Shown piece by piece: positions 11,890 to 23,973 of a stretch of DNA of 64,000 nt. Origin of the DNA: Hypanus sabinus (Eukaryota); contig NC_082708.1 of the NCBI RefSeq assembly GCF_030144855.1, positions 117,180,001 to 117,244,000 on the forward strand, given 5' to 3'. The notes under the pieces were generated by a model, which was not told where the DNA came from, did no database searches, and saw only the letters and a program-made list of their open reading frames with translations. The position numbers were made by a program, and so were the translations under genes. The stretch's first letter is position 1. Each line of letters starts with the position of its first letter.

Positions 11890-13035
11890 TCAATCGACAG
11901 ATGACGCAATAGCCACTGCTCTACATACCATCCTTAAGCATCTGGAGAAGAGGTTTGCTTATGTGAGAATGCTGTTCCTGGACTACAGTTAAGCATTCAA
12001 CAACACAGTTCCATCCAGGCTCGACAGGAAGCTCAGAGACCTTGGCCCTGACCCTGCCTTGTGCAGCTGGATGCTGGACTTACTGTCAGATCACTAGTAG
12101 GTTGTAAGAGTGGGCTCCCTCACCTCTACCCCTCTGACTCTCAACACGGGAGCCCCTCAGAGCTGAGTCCCCTCCATTACTTCCTGTGTACCCATGACTG
12201 TATCACCACCCACAGCTCCAATCTGCTAATTAAATTTTCTGACAACACTACATTGACTGGCCTTATCTCAGCCAATAACAAGGTGGCCTACAGGAAAGAA
12301 GTCATTTCTCTGACACAGTAGTATCAAGAAAACAACCTTTCCCTCAATGTCACAAAAACAAAGGAGCTGGTTCTAGATTACAGGAGGAATGGAGGTTGAC
12401 AACAATGGACCTGGGGTTGAGAGGGTGAACAGCTTCAAGTCCCTCGGCATCCACATCACCGAGGACCTCGCTTGGTCTGTACACACCAGCTGTGTGGTGA
12501 AAAAGGCACAACAGCACCTCTTTCACCTCAGATGAGGAAGTTTGGTATGGGCCTCCAAATCCCAAGAACTTTCTACAGGGGCACAACTGAGAGCATCCTG
12601 ACTGGCTGTATCACTGCCTGGTATGGGAACTGTACCTCCCTTAATCGCAGAACTCTGCAGAGTGGTGCAAACATCCCAGTGCATCTGTAGTTGTGAACTT
12701 CCCATGATTCAGGACATTTACAAGGACAGGTGTGTAAAAAGGGCCCGAAGAATCATTGAGAACTCAAGTCATCCCAGTCACAATTTATTCCAGCTGCAAC
12801 CATCCGGGAAGCAGTACCGCAGCATAAAAGCCAGGACCAACCGGTTCCAGGACAGCTTCTTCCACCAGGCATCAGAGTGATGAATTCACACTGATTTGAG
12901 TGTACTCTGTATTACATTGACTGTTCTATTTGTTATAAATGACTATGATTGCACATTGCACATTTAGATGGAGACATAACATAAAGATTTTTACTCCTTA
13001 TGTATGTGAAGGATGTCAGAAATAAATTCAATTCA
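11890..13035 (+). mobile_element. Rex1-like LINE, RT and 3' end, degenerate
   Basis: [21 protein letters not shown]...SSNLLIKFSDNTT, ESILTGCITAWYGNC. Ends aataaattcaattcaatt. Confidence 0.9.
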
Positions 13036-13667
13036 ATTGTCTCTTATTGGCTCAACAACTGAATTGTTGGACTGAATAAATATTCTGTCGTTTTCGCTGT
13101 TAATTTTGCCTGCCACACCTTTTGTGATCTGTGATAGTTGTGGAGAGGAATGAATGATAAATTCTGACTTGGATAGGATTGTGTAGCTATAAATCACCAA
13201 AACCCAAACCAATGCAGGAACATTTAGACATAAATCCAGTGTTTTACTGGCAAATAGAGAACCTGTAGTGCAGAGAACAATATTCCAATGTTTTCAATTT
13301 TACTGAGGCTAACGTCAAATAGAACTTATGCTGTTGCTCTATTTTCACCACAAGGTGTTACATTGCAAGGAATTATTAATGACAGCTTCTTCGAGCACTT
13401 ACTTTAACGATAATTTTAAGAGTTAATGTAAAATGTTGAATATATTGTTGGCTCTATTCCCTCTCATCTCCAGTTTTTAGAATTCATTTCTTAAGTGGGA
13501 GAAGGATTAAGGTATATAATTAATGTACGATTATGCAATATCAAATCTGCAGAATTCCAGTTGCGATGACTTTATCATGAGTTTATCTTTTACTAATCAG
13601 GAGATAATACCAAGACAGCAATTTGTTTGGCTGCTGTGATTTTCAACTGTTTTGTTTTATTTTGAAG

Positions 13668-14318
13668 GTCACTGTATGGACCACTTCTACAGTTGTTAAT
13701 TTAAGACCTTCTGATGCAACTTCTGGACAAGGTTATTCTACCTTCTTGTCTGCTAACTTCTCTACGGACAGAGAAACGCAATGGGTGTCTTCAGATATGA
13801 GAGATCACGCAAAACAAGCTGGAGCAGCAACAATTCTGGGCACAGGACCATACCCAGATATGGAGGATGTAAGACCAACAGGGACTATCAAGCAGCTGAT
13901 GTCACAACGTGCATCAGCAAATTTCCTGCAGTCTTCAAAAAATTCAGGTTCCAAAGTTAATGTGGATAAAATAGCAAGAAACATGTCAGTCAGGGTGACA
14001 CAGCATGAACAGAAAGATAATGGCCCAGGTATTGGAGATGATGGCTCTAAAGGTGCAGAGCTGGGCATCCCTCAACTCGGAATCCTGCTTGGCTGCTCTG
14101 CTGCTCTTGGCATGGCGCTAGCCATGGGGACACGCCATTTCCTCTCTCAGCACTGTCGGAAACGCACAGAAGTGTCCTTCCGAGATCCTAACGGTAGCAT
14201 CATGGGAGTGGGAGACAGCGGTGAGCTGGTGCACGTCAGAAAGATACGTGAAAATAGCTTTGTGCTTGTTCAAGCTGAATACAATGTGATCAATCCACCA
14301 GTCACTGTTGGAAAGTAA
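13668..14318 (+). CDS. REELD1: REELD1 terminal coding exon (stalk, transmembrane helix, cytoplasmic tail, stop)
   Basis: Acceptor ttttgaag|GTC, phase 0. Contains [20 protein letters not shown] (TM) and [22 protein letters not shown], matching remembered human [20 protein letters not shown]...[22 protein letters not shown]. TAA at 14316-14318. Confidence 0.93.
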   Translation, partial: [216 protein letters not shown]

Positions 14319-14727
14319 TTGCAGATTGAAATGTGCAAGATTTATATTATTGATTATACAATGCACCTTCATTATGATACACCCCTTTGTAACACTGACC
14401 TTCTTTAACTTCTCCATGAACAAAGGAGAAATATCTTCAATCTGTGGCTTCCACTTAGTAATTGCTCCCTTTTGACGTGCAGGTTGTGAAGGCACATTTC
14501 ACAGGGCAGTGATGCAGCCAGTCAGGATGCTCTCATTGTGCCCCTGTAGAAGGTTCTTAGGATTTGGAGGCCCATAAAAAATTCCTCAACCTCCTGAGGT
14601 GAAAGAGGCGTTGTTGCCTTGGTTTATCTGTGCTGTGCTGCAATACCAGTATACATGAACCACAAAGAGGTGCGAGGTTTCCAGATTGATCTTAAACCAC
14701 AATAGCAGCACTCTTAGTCAATTGTTA

Positions 14728-15075
14728 AACATAGAACATACAACAGTAAAGCACAGGAACAGGCCCTTTGCCCCACAGTGTTGTGTCAAACAAACTACAA
14801 GGTAAATCAAAAACCTCCAAACTCTAATCCTTCCTACCTACACCTATCCATATCCCTCCATCTTTATTATACCCATGTGCCTATTGAAACATCTCTTGAG
14901 AGCCTCTAATGTATGTGTCTCTACCACCATACCAGGCAGGGCATTCCAGGCATCCACCATACTCTTGAGTAAAAAACTTGCCCTTCACTACCCATTTGAA
15001 CCTACCTTCCTCTCTCCCTCTGGTATTAGGCATTTCCACTCTGTGAAAAAGATACTCCCTGTCCAACTCTCCTTG
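14728..15075 (-). mobile_element. CR1 LINE 3' end
   Basis: Same family as 3073-3420 (aacatagaaca... tail, MDREYLF.RVEM). Confidence 0.8.
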
Positions 15076-15167
15076 GCTTCACTCATTAGAGTACTGTTAG
15101 ACTGCATACAAAAAATCAAACAGTGAGACCACTCCTGACCAACACCATCCCCCTCCCCCCCCCCCAG

Positions 15168-15169
<2 letters not shown>

Positions 15170-15220
<51 letters not shown>
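15170..15220. repeat. (CA)n microsatellite
   Basis: Perfect CA run of about 25 units. Confidence 0.98.
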
Positions 15221-15222
<2 letters not shown>

Positions 15223-15886
15223 TTAATGCAGTTCTAGTATAATTTCTTGCTCTATCAAGAGATAAAGTGGTATTTTCCAGCATGTAAGTTACAACAAATA
15301 TGGTTTTTAAGTATATTGCATACATGTAGATTTTCAGACCATTTTGTGTCCATATGGAAAAATCACACCTCCTCATGCATGGCATGGATTGATTTTACCA
15401 GCATTAGTAAAAACTTCTCATCTTCAAGGCCCTAGAAGTTTTAGTAGTTTAATTTGTTTAAAACATGCAAAATATTTGCCCCCGGAAAGTGCATTTTAGT
15501 GAGGGTGGAAAGTAATGCTGAGCACACAGAGCACCTTGGCTTGTAATTAGAATTGCTTAAATTAGATAAGTTCTTGCTGTTATTAGTGTATTAAAATTTT
15601 TGTAAATGAACAGCCTCTTGTAAACAATTCCCTTGAGGAAGCTTTGTCATCTTTTGGAATAGATTACTGTCTGATCTTTGGTGGATATTTGTTACTAAAT
15701 AGTATTATTTGATACAAACAACACATTCTATAAATTTTGCACATTGCTAGGATGTAGTAATTGATGCCACAATGATTAAAAATGCCTATTTGCAGTGAAA
15801 TATATTTTAGAGTGATTACTTTTACCACAAAAAAATCATCTTCTGAAAATATGTTCTCTATTACACGCAATGTAATAGAGGTGTAT

Positions 15887-15890
<4 letters not shown>

Positions 15891-15940
<50 letters not shown>
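15891..15940. repeat. (TG)n microsatellite
   Basis: Perfect TG run of about 25 units. Confidence 0.98.
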
Positions 15941-15942
<2 letters not shown>

Positions 15943-16529
15943 ATAACTATTCATTCCTTTATAATAAAAGTAAACATTGGAGAAAGAAATCCCATTTTTA
16001 AGGACATTTTCCAAAATATTTCTTAATCATTCCTATAGTTAAGTAGGACAACATAATGGTGAGATTTATTATACTTATTTTGAGGATGTGATGAGAGTAG
16101 TCCCCAGTTTTACCATTGTTTGGCGCCAACATAGCATTGCACAATGCTTGGTAGAGTATTTTAATCTTACAGGCTTCATTTCTAATTTACCCAGAGATCT
16201 GTTTCATCCCATTGAATTTGCCTTGAGAAATGATTGATAACCTACTTACACTTTTGTAAAGGCATCTTTTCCCAGTTAGTCCAAAACTCATGATATTATA
16301 ATTACTGTTGACTAAATATACCCTGTCTAATAACTGTTCCATTGGCCTAATCAAATCCCAAAAGCAATGTTCACATTGGGCCAGAAATATACTAATCAAG
16401 AAAATTCGCCTGAATACATTGAAAACGGGTGAATTTACTCCCCTCCTTTGACTGTCATTTATTGTTATCCTAGAAATGGAAGGTCACAAAAATTTTTTCT
16501 TCCCAACTTCACTCCTCCATGACTTTTAC

Positions 16530-17592
16530 ACAACTCCTCCTCCATGATCTCCATCAGAAGGGGTGCACCACAAGGCTCCCTACTCTACTCACTTTACACT
16601 TAAGACACTAAGCACAGCTCCAATGCCATATTTAAGTTTGCTGATGACACCACCGTCATGGGCCGAATCAAAGGAGGTGATGAATCCGCATATAGGAGGG
16701 AGATTGAAAATCTGGCTGAGTGGTGCCTCAACAACGACCTCTTAGTCAATGTCAGCAAGAACAAGGAGCAGATTGTCTTCAGAGGTGAGTGTCCATGAGT
16801 CAGTCCTCATCGGGGGTAAGAGATGGAGAGGGTCAGCAACTTTAAACTCTTTAGTGTTTTCATTTAAGAGGATATGTCCTGGGCCCAGCGTGTAAGTGCA
16901 AATATGAAGAAAGCATAGTAGCCCTTCTACTTTCTAAATAATTTGCAAAGATTCGGTATGGCTCTAAAACTCTGACAAATTTCTATAGTTATATGCTGGA
17001 GAATATATTGATGGCTGCATTACAGCCTGGTATTCAAACGCTAATGTTCTTGAACAGAAAAAGTAGTGAATATGGCCCGGTCCACCATGGGTAAAGCCCA
17101 CCCCACCATTGAGCACATACACGGAGCATTGTCACAGGAAAGCAGCATCCATCATCAGCGACCCCCATCACGCAGGTCATGCCTTCTTCTCACTGCTGCC
17201 ACCAGGAAGGTGGTACAGGAGTGCCAGGACTCACACCACCAGGTTCAAGAACAGCTATTACCCCCCAAGCATCAGGCTCTTGAGCCAGTGGTGATTACTT
17301 CGCTCAACTTCACTTGCTCCATCACTGAGTCCCACAACCCACGGACTTATTTTCAAGATTTCTTCAGCTCATGTTCTCAATATTTATTGCTTGTTTGTTT
17401 GTTTGTTTAATTTTTCTTTCTTTTTGTACTTGCACAGTTTGTTGTCTTTTGCACGCTGGTTGGCTGTCCTGTTGGTGTGGTCTTTCAATGATTCTATTAT
17501 GGTTATTGAATTTATTGAATATGCCTGCAAGAAAATGAACCTCAAGGTTGTAAATGGTGACATATATGTACTTTGATAATAAATTCACTTTA
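16530..17592 (+). mobile_element. Rex1-like LINE 3' part
   Basis: FKFADDTTV, KAASIISDPHHAGHAFFSLLPPGRWYRS...RFKNSYYP. Tail ends gataataaattcacttt. Confidence 0.88.
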
Positions 17593-17899
17593 ACATCTCT
17601 GCAAATTCCCTGCTAATCCACACCTCAATAATCCTTCCTGATAGAATAATTCCAGTAATACATTACACTTCTATTGCTTGCACCAGGACAGCTGGAAAGG
17701 AAAATGAGGAAATGACAGACATGTGAAATAATGATTGTGTCAATGTTTACTGCTCAGAAACTTACAGCTTACATCATTCCAAGGAATCCAATAATGATTC
17801 AACAATGTGGACCCACCAAGATAAAGGAAACCAAAAAAATACTGTTGAAGAAAATGAGCACAGCAATGAATGGTAGGATGAATTTATCCTAGAATTTTA

Positions 17900-18400
17900 T
17901 AGAAACATGGTGTGAATATTTCAGAGAACTTAACCAAAAAGTTCAAAAGATACGTTTTGGGAATCATCACTTCAGATTGGAAAACTTCTATCACTTCTAT
18001 TTAAAAATAAAAAAAACAGAGAGAACTAGAAATAATATAGAGAGTCATCCTAACATTTGTTGATGAACTCATAAAAGGAGAGAGTAGCAAAATGCCTTGC
18101 AAGTTCTTATAAGGCTGCTCAGAGATAGCCAGCATGAATATGTGAAGATTAGTTAGACCATGGCTAATAAACCTGACTGAGCTTTTTTGAAGAAGTGATC
18201 ATAGTAGTGACTAGAGAGCATCAATAGTAACTGTTACGTAGAGAAAGTGAAAGGTTTTGATTGGTATTCATGGTTCAATGAAATTGATTGACTACCTAAT
18301 AAATTTTATTGACTTGGGGAAACTGACCATGAGTCAGAACACAAATGAGCAATGCAGAAGGAACAGGCAAGTTCTTTAGCTTGCAGGCGGTAACATGGTT
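17900..18400 (+). mobile_element. Very old CR1 fragment
   Basis: Remnants of DW...N.T.LFKK, QH.., LTE.FEEV motifs. Confidence 0.45.
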
Positions 18401-18501
18401 TGCCAGAGCGAGGTTAAAAGTAACGTCGGACTGCCTTAGGGACTCCAGCTCCGGATTTGTCCTCAGGGTTTACTCCTGAAGCCTTTCCCATGAGTGGGTA
18501 T

Positions 18502-19288
18502 TGTTATGAACCCCGTAACTGGGGCACTTACCAGCAAAGATAGAGAGGTCCGTTGAAGTCTGATGGTACTATTTTTAACAGTATTTATTAGTAAAAATAC
18601 ACAAAAATAATATCAATGCAAACATACAGATAATATACGTCGTCAATACTAAATCTAAAAGTGTGGGTATGGTAATAATCAATAAAAAGTAAGCTCTATC
18701 GTTGTCTAGGGGATAATGTATTGTCCGATGGAAATATAAAAGTCACTCAGTTCATTCAGGCTGCAGCCTTTGGTTGGAGAGAGAGAGAGATTTTTGAGAA
18801 ACTTGCAGGCTTTTCCTTTATCCGATTTTGATCCGTATTCATCCTTTAGCGAGGCTGTTCCGTGGAAGACTTGTCAACCGGGCAAGGATGGACACACACA
18901 CAAGTCCCCACCAGTCTCATACTTTTTCTCCTGGTGCGTCTGAAGGGGTTGTTCCCCAGACCCTCTTTTATCCTTACTCACGGAGTCTCAGATGTCAATC
19001 AGATTGGGATGATGCAATCCCTCAACCAGCCCACTCTGGTCATCCCCTGAGGGGCTTCACTGAATAGTACAGTACTCAAAACACAATTCTGTCTCCGAGA
19101 GACAATAGCCGTTATCAATGGTTCTGTCTTGCTGAGGCCAGGGCACATTCCAAACCCTGTGTATTCTGGATGTCTCTCTCTCATTTCCTGGGTCCCAGAC
19201 CCGAATTAATAGCGATCTTGCGATTCTCACAAAGGAGAGGGTGACTTTGTACCCTTCAGCCCCTCAGAGCTGTGGTACATTCGTAACA
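18502..19288 (-). mobile_element. Solo LTR (787 bp), Gypsy/ERV type
   Basis: TGTTATGAA...TTCGTAACA terminal inverted repeat. Perfect 4-bp TSD GTAT (18498-18501, 19289-19292). Minus-strand AATAAA near 18584. Confidence 0.88.
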
Positions 19289-19599
19289 GTATGACTGCAA
19301 GGCAGCGGAGGTTTGAAATCAGAGTTTTTCTTCTCTTAGAAGACTTAGATGGACTGCCTTCCCAGGCTTACAAGCTCCATCTACCTGAAGCACTAGTTTT
19401 AAGGTGCCAGGACCCGCCTTTGCCCCTCCTCCTGTCAGTAGAAACAGTTCCACCTGACTTACTGGCTAAGCCACACGAGAAGGCCAGGAGCTGGACTTGG
19501 ATGTCAGAGGCTATTTGAGGCGCTTGCCGTGAGGAGCACTTTTAGGTAGTGGGAGCTTGTCCCCACCACCCCTCCTCAGCTTGACAACCTTGGAACTTC

Positions 19600-20130
19600 T
19601 AAATAGTGTAATCCATTTGCCACTTCTTTGCCCATTCTCCTAAACTGTCCAAGTACTTCTGCAGCCTCTCTGCTTCCTCAACACTTCCTGCTTCTCCACC
19701 TATCTTCATATTGTCTGGTAACTTAGCCTCAGAACCATCAATTCTGTCATCCAAATCATTAGTGTACAACACAAAAAGCATCAGTGCTAAATACTGACCC
19801 CTGCGGAACACCACTAGTCACTGACAGCCAATCAGAGAATGGCTCGCTTTATTCCCACTCTTTTAGTATCTCTCCTGTAATACAATGGACTCTTATCTTT
19901 TTATGCATCCTCATCTGTGGCATCTTGTCAAAGGCATTCTGAAAATATAAGTACACAACATCTATCATTCTCCTTTGCCTATCCTGCTTGTTATTTCCTC
20001 AAAGAATTCTAACAGGTTTGTTAGGCAAGATTTTCTTTTAAGGGAATCATATTGACTTTGGCCTGTTCTATCTTGTGCTTCCAAGTACTCTGAAACTACT
20101 TCTGTAACAATCGACTCTAACAACCTAAAC
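19600..20130 (-). mobile_element. CR1 LINE RT fragment
   Basis: KSCLTNLLEFFEEITS, YTNDLDDRIDG, EWAKKWQM. Confidence 0.88.
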
Positions 20131-20335
20131 ACATTATACATAAGCAATATACAAATATTAATAGAAATAAATAGGCAAACTTATGGCAAATAAAATTTAA
20201 CACAGACAAATGATGCAGTCATTGACTTTAAAATGGATAATTAACGTAACTTACACATGGTGAACAGCAAAATCTTAAATAGACTACACATATAAAATAT
20301 CATGGACAGATTTTAAAAACCAATTAGAAAGACTA

Positions 20336-20470
20336 CACACAAAATACGAGGAACTCAGAAGCTCAGGTTGCATCATCAAGACTCATGAAGCATCTTGGCC
20401 GAGTTGCTGAGTTCCTCCAGCATTTTGTGTATGTTGCTCTGGATTTTCAGCATTGGTAGAATCTCTTATG
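20336..20470. mobile_element. Old inverted pair of PLE tails
   Basis: acacacaaaatac.gaggaactcag... versus ...ctgagttcctccagcattttgtgt, followed by the tail extension. Confidence 0.55.
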
Positions 20471-20534
20471 CTTATAATTAAAAAAGCTAACTGATTTTTT
20501 TTTTAAGATTAAGGACTGAAAAAAGGCAGAAATT

Positions 20535-21680
20535 GCCTTGCTAAACAAGAGCCCATGGAATTATGGGAAAGTTACATACGTGGATAGAGTGTTGGCTGAT
20601 TGGCAGAAAACAGAGAGTGAGAATAAAGGGATTCCATTCTGGTTGGCTGCCGGTTATCAGTGGTGTTCCACAGGGGTCCGTGTTGGGGCCCCTTCTTCTT
20701 ACGTTGTATATCAATGATTTGGATTTTGGAATAGATGGCTTTGTGGCTAAGTTTGCTGATGATACAAAGATAGGTGGAGGGGCCGGTAGTGCTGAGGAAA
20801 CAGAGAGTCTGCAGAGAGACTTGGATAAATTGGGGGAATGGGCAAAGAAGTGGCAAATGAATTACAATGTCGGAAAGTGTATGGTCATGCACATTGGTAG
20901 AAGAAATAAATGGGCAGACTATTATTTAAATGGGGAGAGAATTCAAAGTTCTGAGATGCAACAGGACTTGGGGGTCCTTGTGCAGGATACCCTTAAGGTT
21001 AACCTCCAAGTTGAGTCGGTAGTGAAGAAGGCGAATGCAATGCGGGCACTAATTTCTAGAGGAATAGAGTATAGGAGCAGGGATGTGATGTTGAGGCTCT
21101 ATAAGGCACTGGTAAGACCTCATTTGGAATACTGTGTGCAGTTTTGGGCTCCTTATTTAAGAAAGGATGTGCTGATATTGGAGCAGGTTCAGAGAAGATT
21201 CACTAGAATGATTCTGGGAATGCAAGGGTTAATATATGAGAAACGTTTGACTGCTCTTGGACTGTACTCCTTGGAGTTTTGAAGAATGAGGGGGGACCTC
21301 ATAGAAACATTTTGAATGTTGAAAGGCATGGACAGAGTGGCTGTGGCAAAGTTGTTTCCCATGGTGGGGGTGTCTAGTACGAGGGGATATGACTTGAGGA
21401 TTGCAGGGCACCCATTCAGAGCAGAGATATGGAAAAAAATTTTTAGCCAGAGGGTGGTGAATCTATGGAACTTGTTTCCATGGGTGGCAGTGGAGGCCAA
21501 GTCAGTGGGTGTATTTAAGGCAGAGATTGATAGGTATCTGAGTAGTCAGGGCATCAAAGGTTATGGTGAGAAGGCGAGAGAATGGGACTAAAGGGGAGAT
21601 TGGATCAGCTCATAACGAAATGGCGGAGCAGACTCGATGGGCCAAATGGCTGACTTCTGCTCCTTTGTCTTATGGTCTTA
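20535..21680 (+). mobile_element. CR1/HER1 LINE, 5'-truncated, relatively young
   Basis: 239-aa open RT segment (SGVPQGSVLGP, KFADDTK, VRPHLEYCVQFW), then in-frame stops and the 3' tail cttatggtcttat. Confidence 0.95.
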
Positions 21681-21714
21681 TAAAGCTCTGAATGGGACAT
21701 CTGGGGTAGGATTT

Positions 21715-22530
21715 AAAAGTTCGAAGTTTGAAGTAAATTTATTATCAAAGGGGTTCATTTTCTTGCAGGCATTCACAGTGGAACAGAAAAATACAATGAA
21801 AATACACACAAAGAAAGACTTATAATCAACCAACTTTACCTCTGATGGACTGAGCTGAGTCCACCACATTTTGTAAGCTTTTCTGTTCATGGGCAGTGGT
21901 ATTTCCACATCAGGCCATGATGCAAACAGTAAAGACACTCTCCACTGCGTTTCTATAGAAAATTCTCTAAGTTTTAGATGGCATGATGAAGCTTCAAAAA
22001 CTAAGTCAGTAAAAGTGTTATTGTGTCTTCTTTGTGATGTGCTTGAACCAGGATAGGTCCTCTGATATGATAATGGCAAGAAATGTAAAGTTACCACCCC
22101 TTTCTACCTCTGATCCCCGAATGAAGAGTGGCTCATAGACATCCAGTTTCTTCCTCCTTCAGTCAATAATCAGCTCTTTGGTTTTTGCTGACATTGAGAG
22201 GTTGTTGTTGTGACACCATTCAACCTCCCTCCTATATGCCAATTCCTCACCACCTTTGATTTGCCCAATAACAGTGGTGTCATCAGCAAACTTAAATATG
22301 GTGTTGGAGATGAACTTAGCCACACAGTCGTAAGTGTAAAGTGAGTAGAGTAGGGGGCTAAAGACACAGCCTTGTGATGCTCCTGTGCTAATGATTGTGG
22401 AGATGTTGTTGCCAAACCATAGTGACTGGGGTACATAAGTGAGAAAATTGAGGATTCAGTTGCACAAGGGAGTATCCAGGCCTGGCTTTTGGAGCTTAGT
22501 GATTAGTTTCAAGGGGACAATAGTGTTGCA
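21715..22530 (-). mobile_element. Rex1-like LINE fragment
   Basis: Minus strand gives TGASQGCVFSPLLYSLYTYDC and IFKFADDTT. Tail at ~21715. Confidence 0.8.
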
Positions 22531-23973
22531 TTTATTATTTTCAGTTCAAATACAGAGCAGAATAACACACCTAATTGAACTGTAATGATTTAACAAAAAA
22601 ATTAGAACTGTAATCTCTGAAATTTGTGACTAATGATAATTTGATTAACATTTTCAATGTATTTAAAGTACTTGAGAGAGGAAATAGACTTTACTGACTG
22701 GGTGGGTGGGGGAGGAGGGTATAAACAAAAGAATTGAGCATGCCTTCAGAAATGAAATTAACAAAGACCTTTACACAGAGAGTGATAGGTTTGATGTTTT
22801 TTCTGCCAGTGGCAATTGATAGCAGGCCAATTGGCAATTTGAAATGTAACACACACTGAAGTTTATCAAAAATATCAAGGGATATGAGGCAGAGATGACA
22901 ATGTGGAGTAGTGTCATAAATCAACCATGATTTCATTTAGTCTAAGTTCAAGTTTAATTGTCATTCAACCATACATGAACCCCTATGAATACAGCCAAAG
23001 AAAACAGCATTACTCCTGGGCCAAGGTGTAAAATACAGTACCAACAGTTATACACATATAGCATGCATAAGACAGCAGTAAAATACAGTCACACAAAAAA
23101 AATATAATCCAAGTTCCTGAGTCCATTAAAAGAATGTAGTAAGTTATAATTGAAGTTGAAATTGACATTTTGTAAACCTTTTATTTCTTTACAATTGCTT
23201 GGCATTAATCCTAGAGAAACTACTTGGTGTTGACCTGCTGAGTTCCTCCAGTATTTTGTGTGTGTTTCTTGGTGTTCTGATACCTTTGGTGATGAATTGC
23301 TTGAACAATGCTTGCCCTCCCTCATGATAACTGAAAGGGGGACATAGCTGCAAAGAGCTAAGGAAGATAGTAATATTTTTAGGATTGTTAAGAAAATTAT
23401 TTGAATGTATCCTTTTAAGTATTCCAGCTATTTAAAAAAATTATAGAGTTCAAATAGTTTTAGGTTATGTAATTCAAATTCTTATTATTATTTATTCTTA
23501 TTTTACAGAGCAGCACAGCATATCATAGAGCAGATACAGTACAGCATATGTGCACAGCCATCCCATGACAGGAAAACATATAAAACTAAGAAACCGAAAA
23601 AAACTTATAATTTAAGTTTAAATTAACATACAACCAGAATTGATCCCACATGTCTTGCACTTTTCCCTCACTGTTAATTCTTCCTAACATGTGTTCACAT
23701 GATGAAATCGTAACCATTTCCTCAGTCCATTCCTTCACAGTGGGACATCTGGGTTTTTTCAGTTTTGCAATATAATTCTTGTAGCTGTGATGAGACCCAC
23801 CTTTAAAATAGTAAATGTGTCATTGTTTACATTAGGTATCATTGTCCTATCACCCAGGAGACAAGGGCACAAGGGCAGTGTAGGACCCGACCAATTCCCC
23901 AACAAATCAAGAACTTTACACCAAAATTGGCGAACCATGTAACACTCCCAAATCATGCCAAAATATTTGCCCA

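Noticed and set aside
14988-16014. ORFs containing CVCVCV / THTHTH runs
   Set aside because: These are translations of (CA)/(TG) microsatellites.
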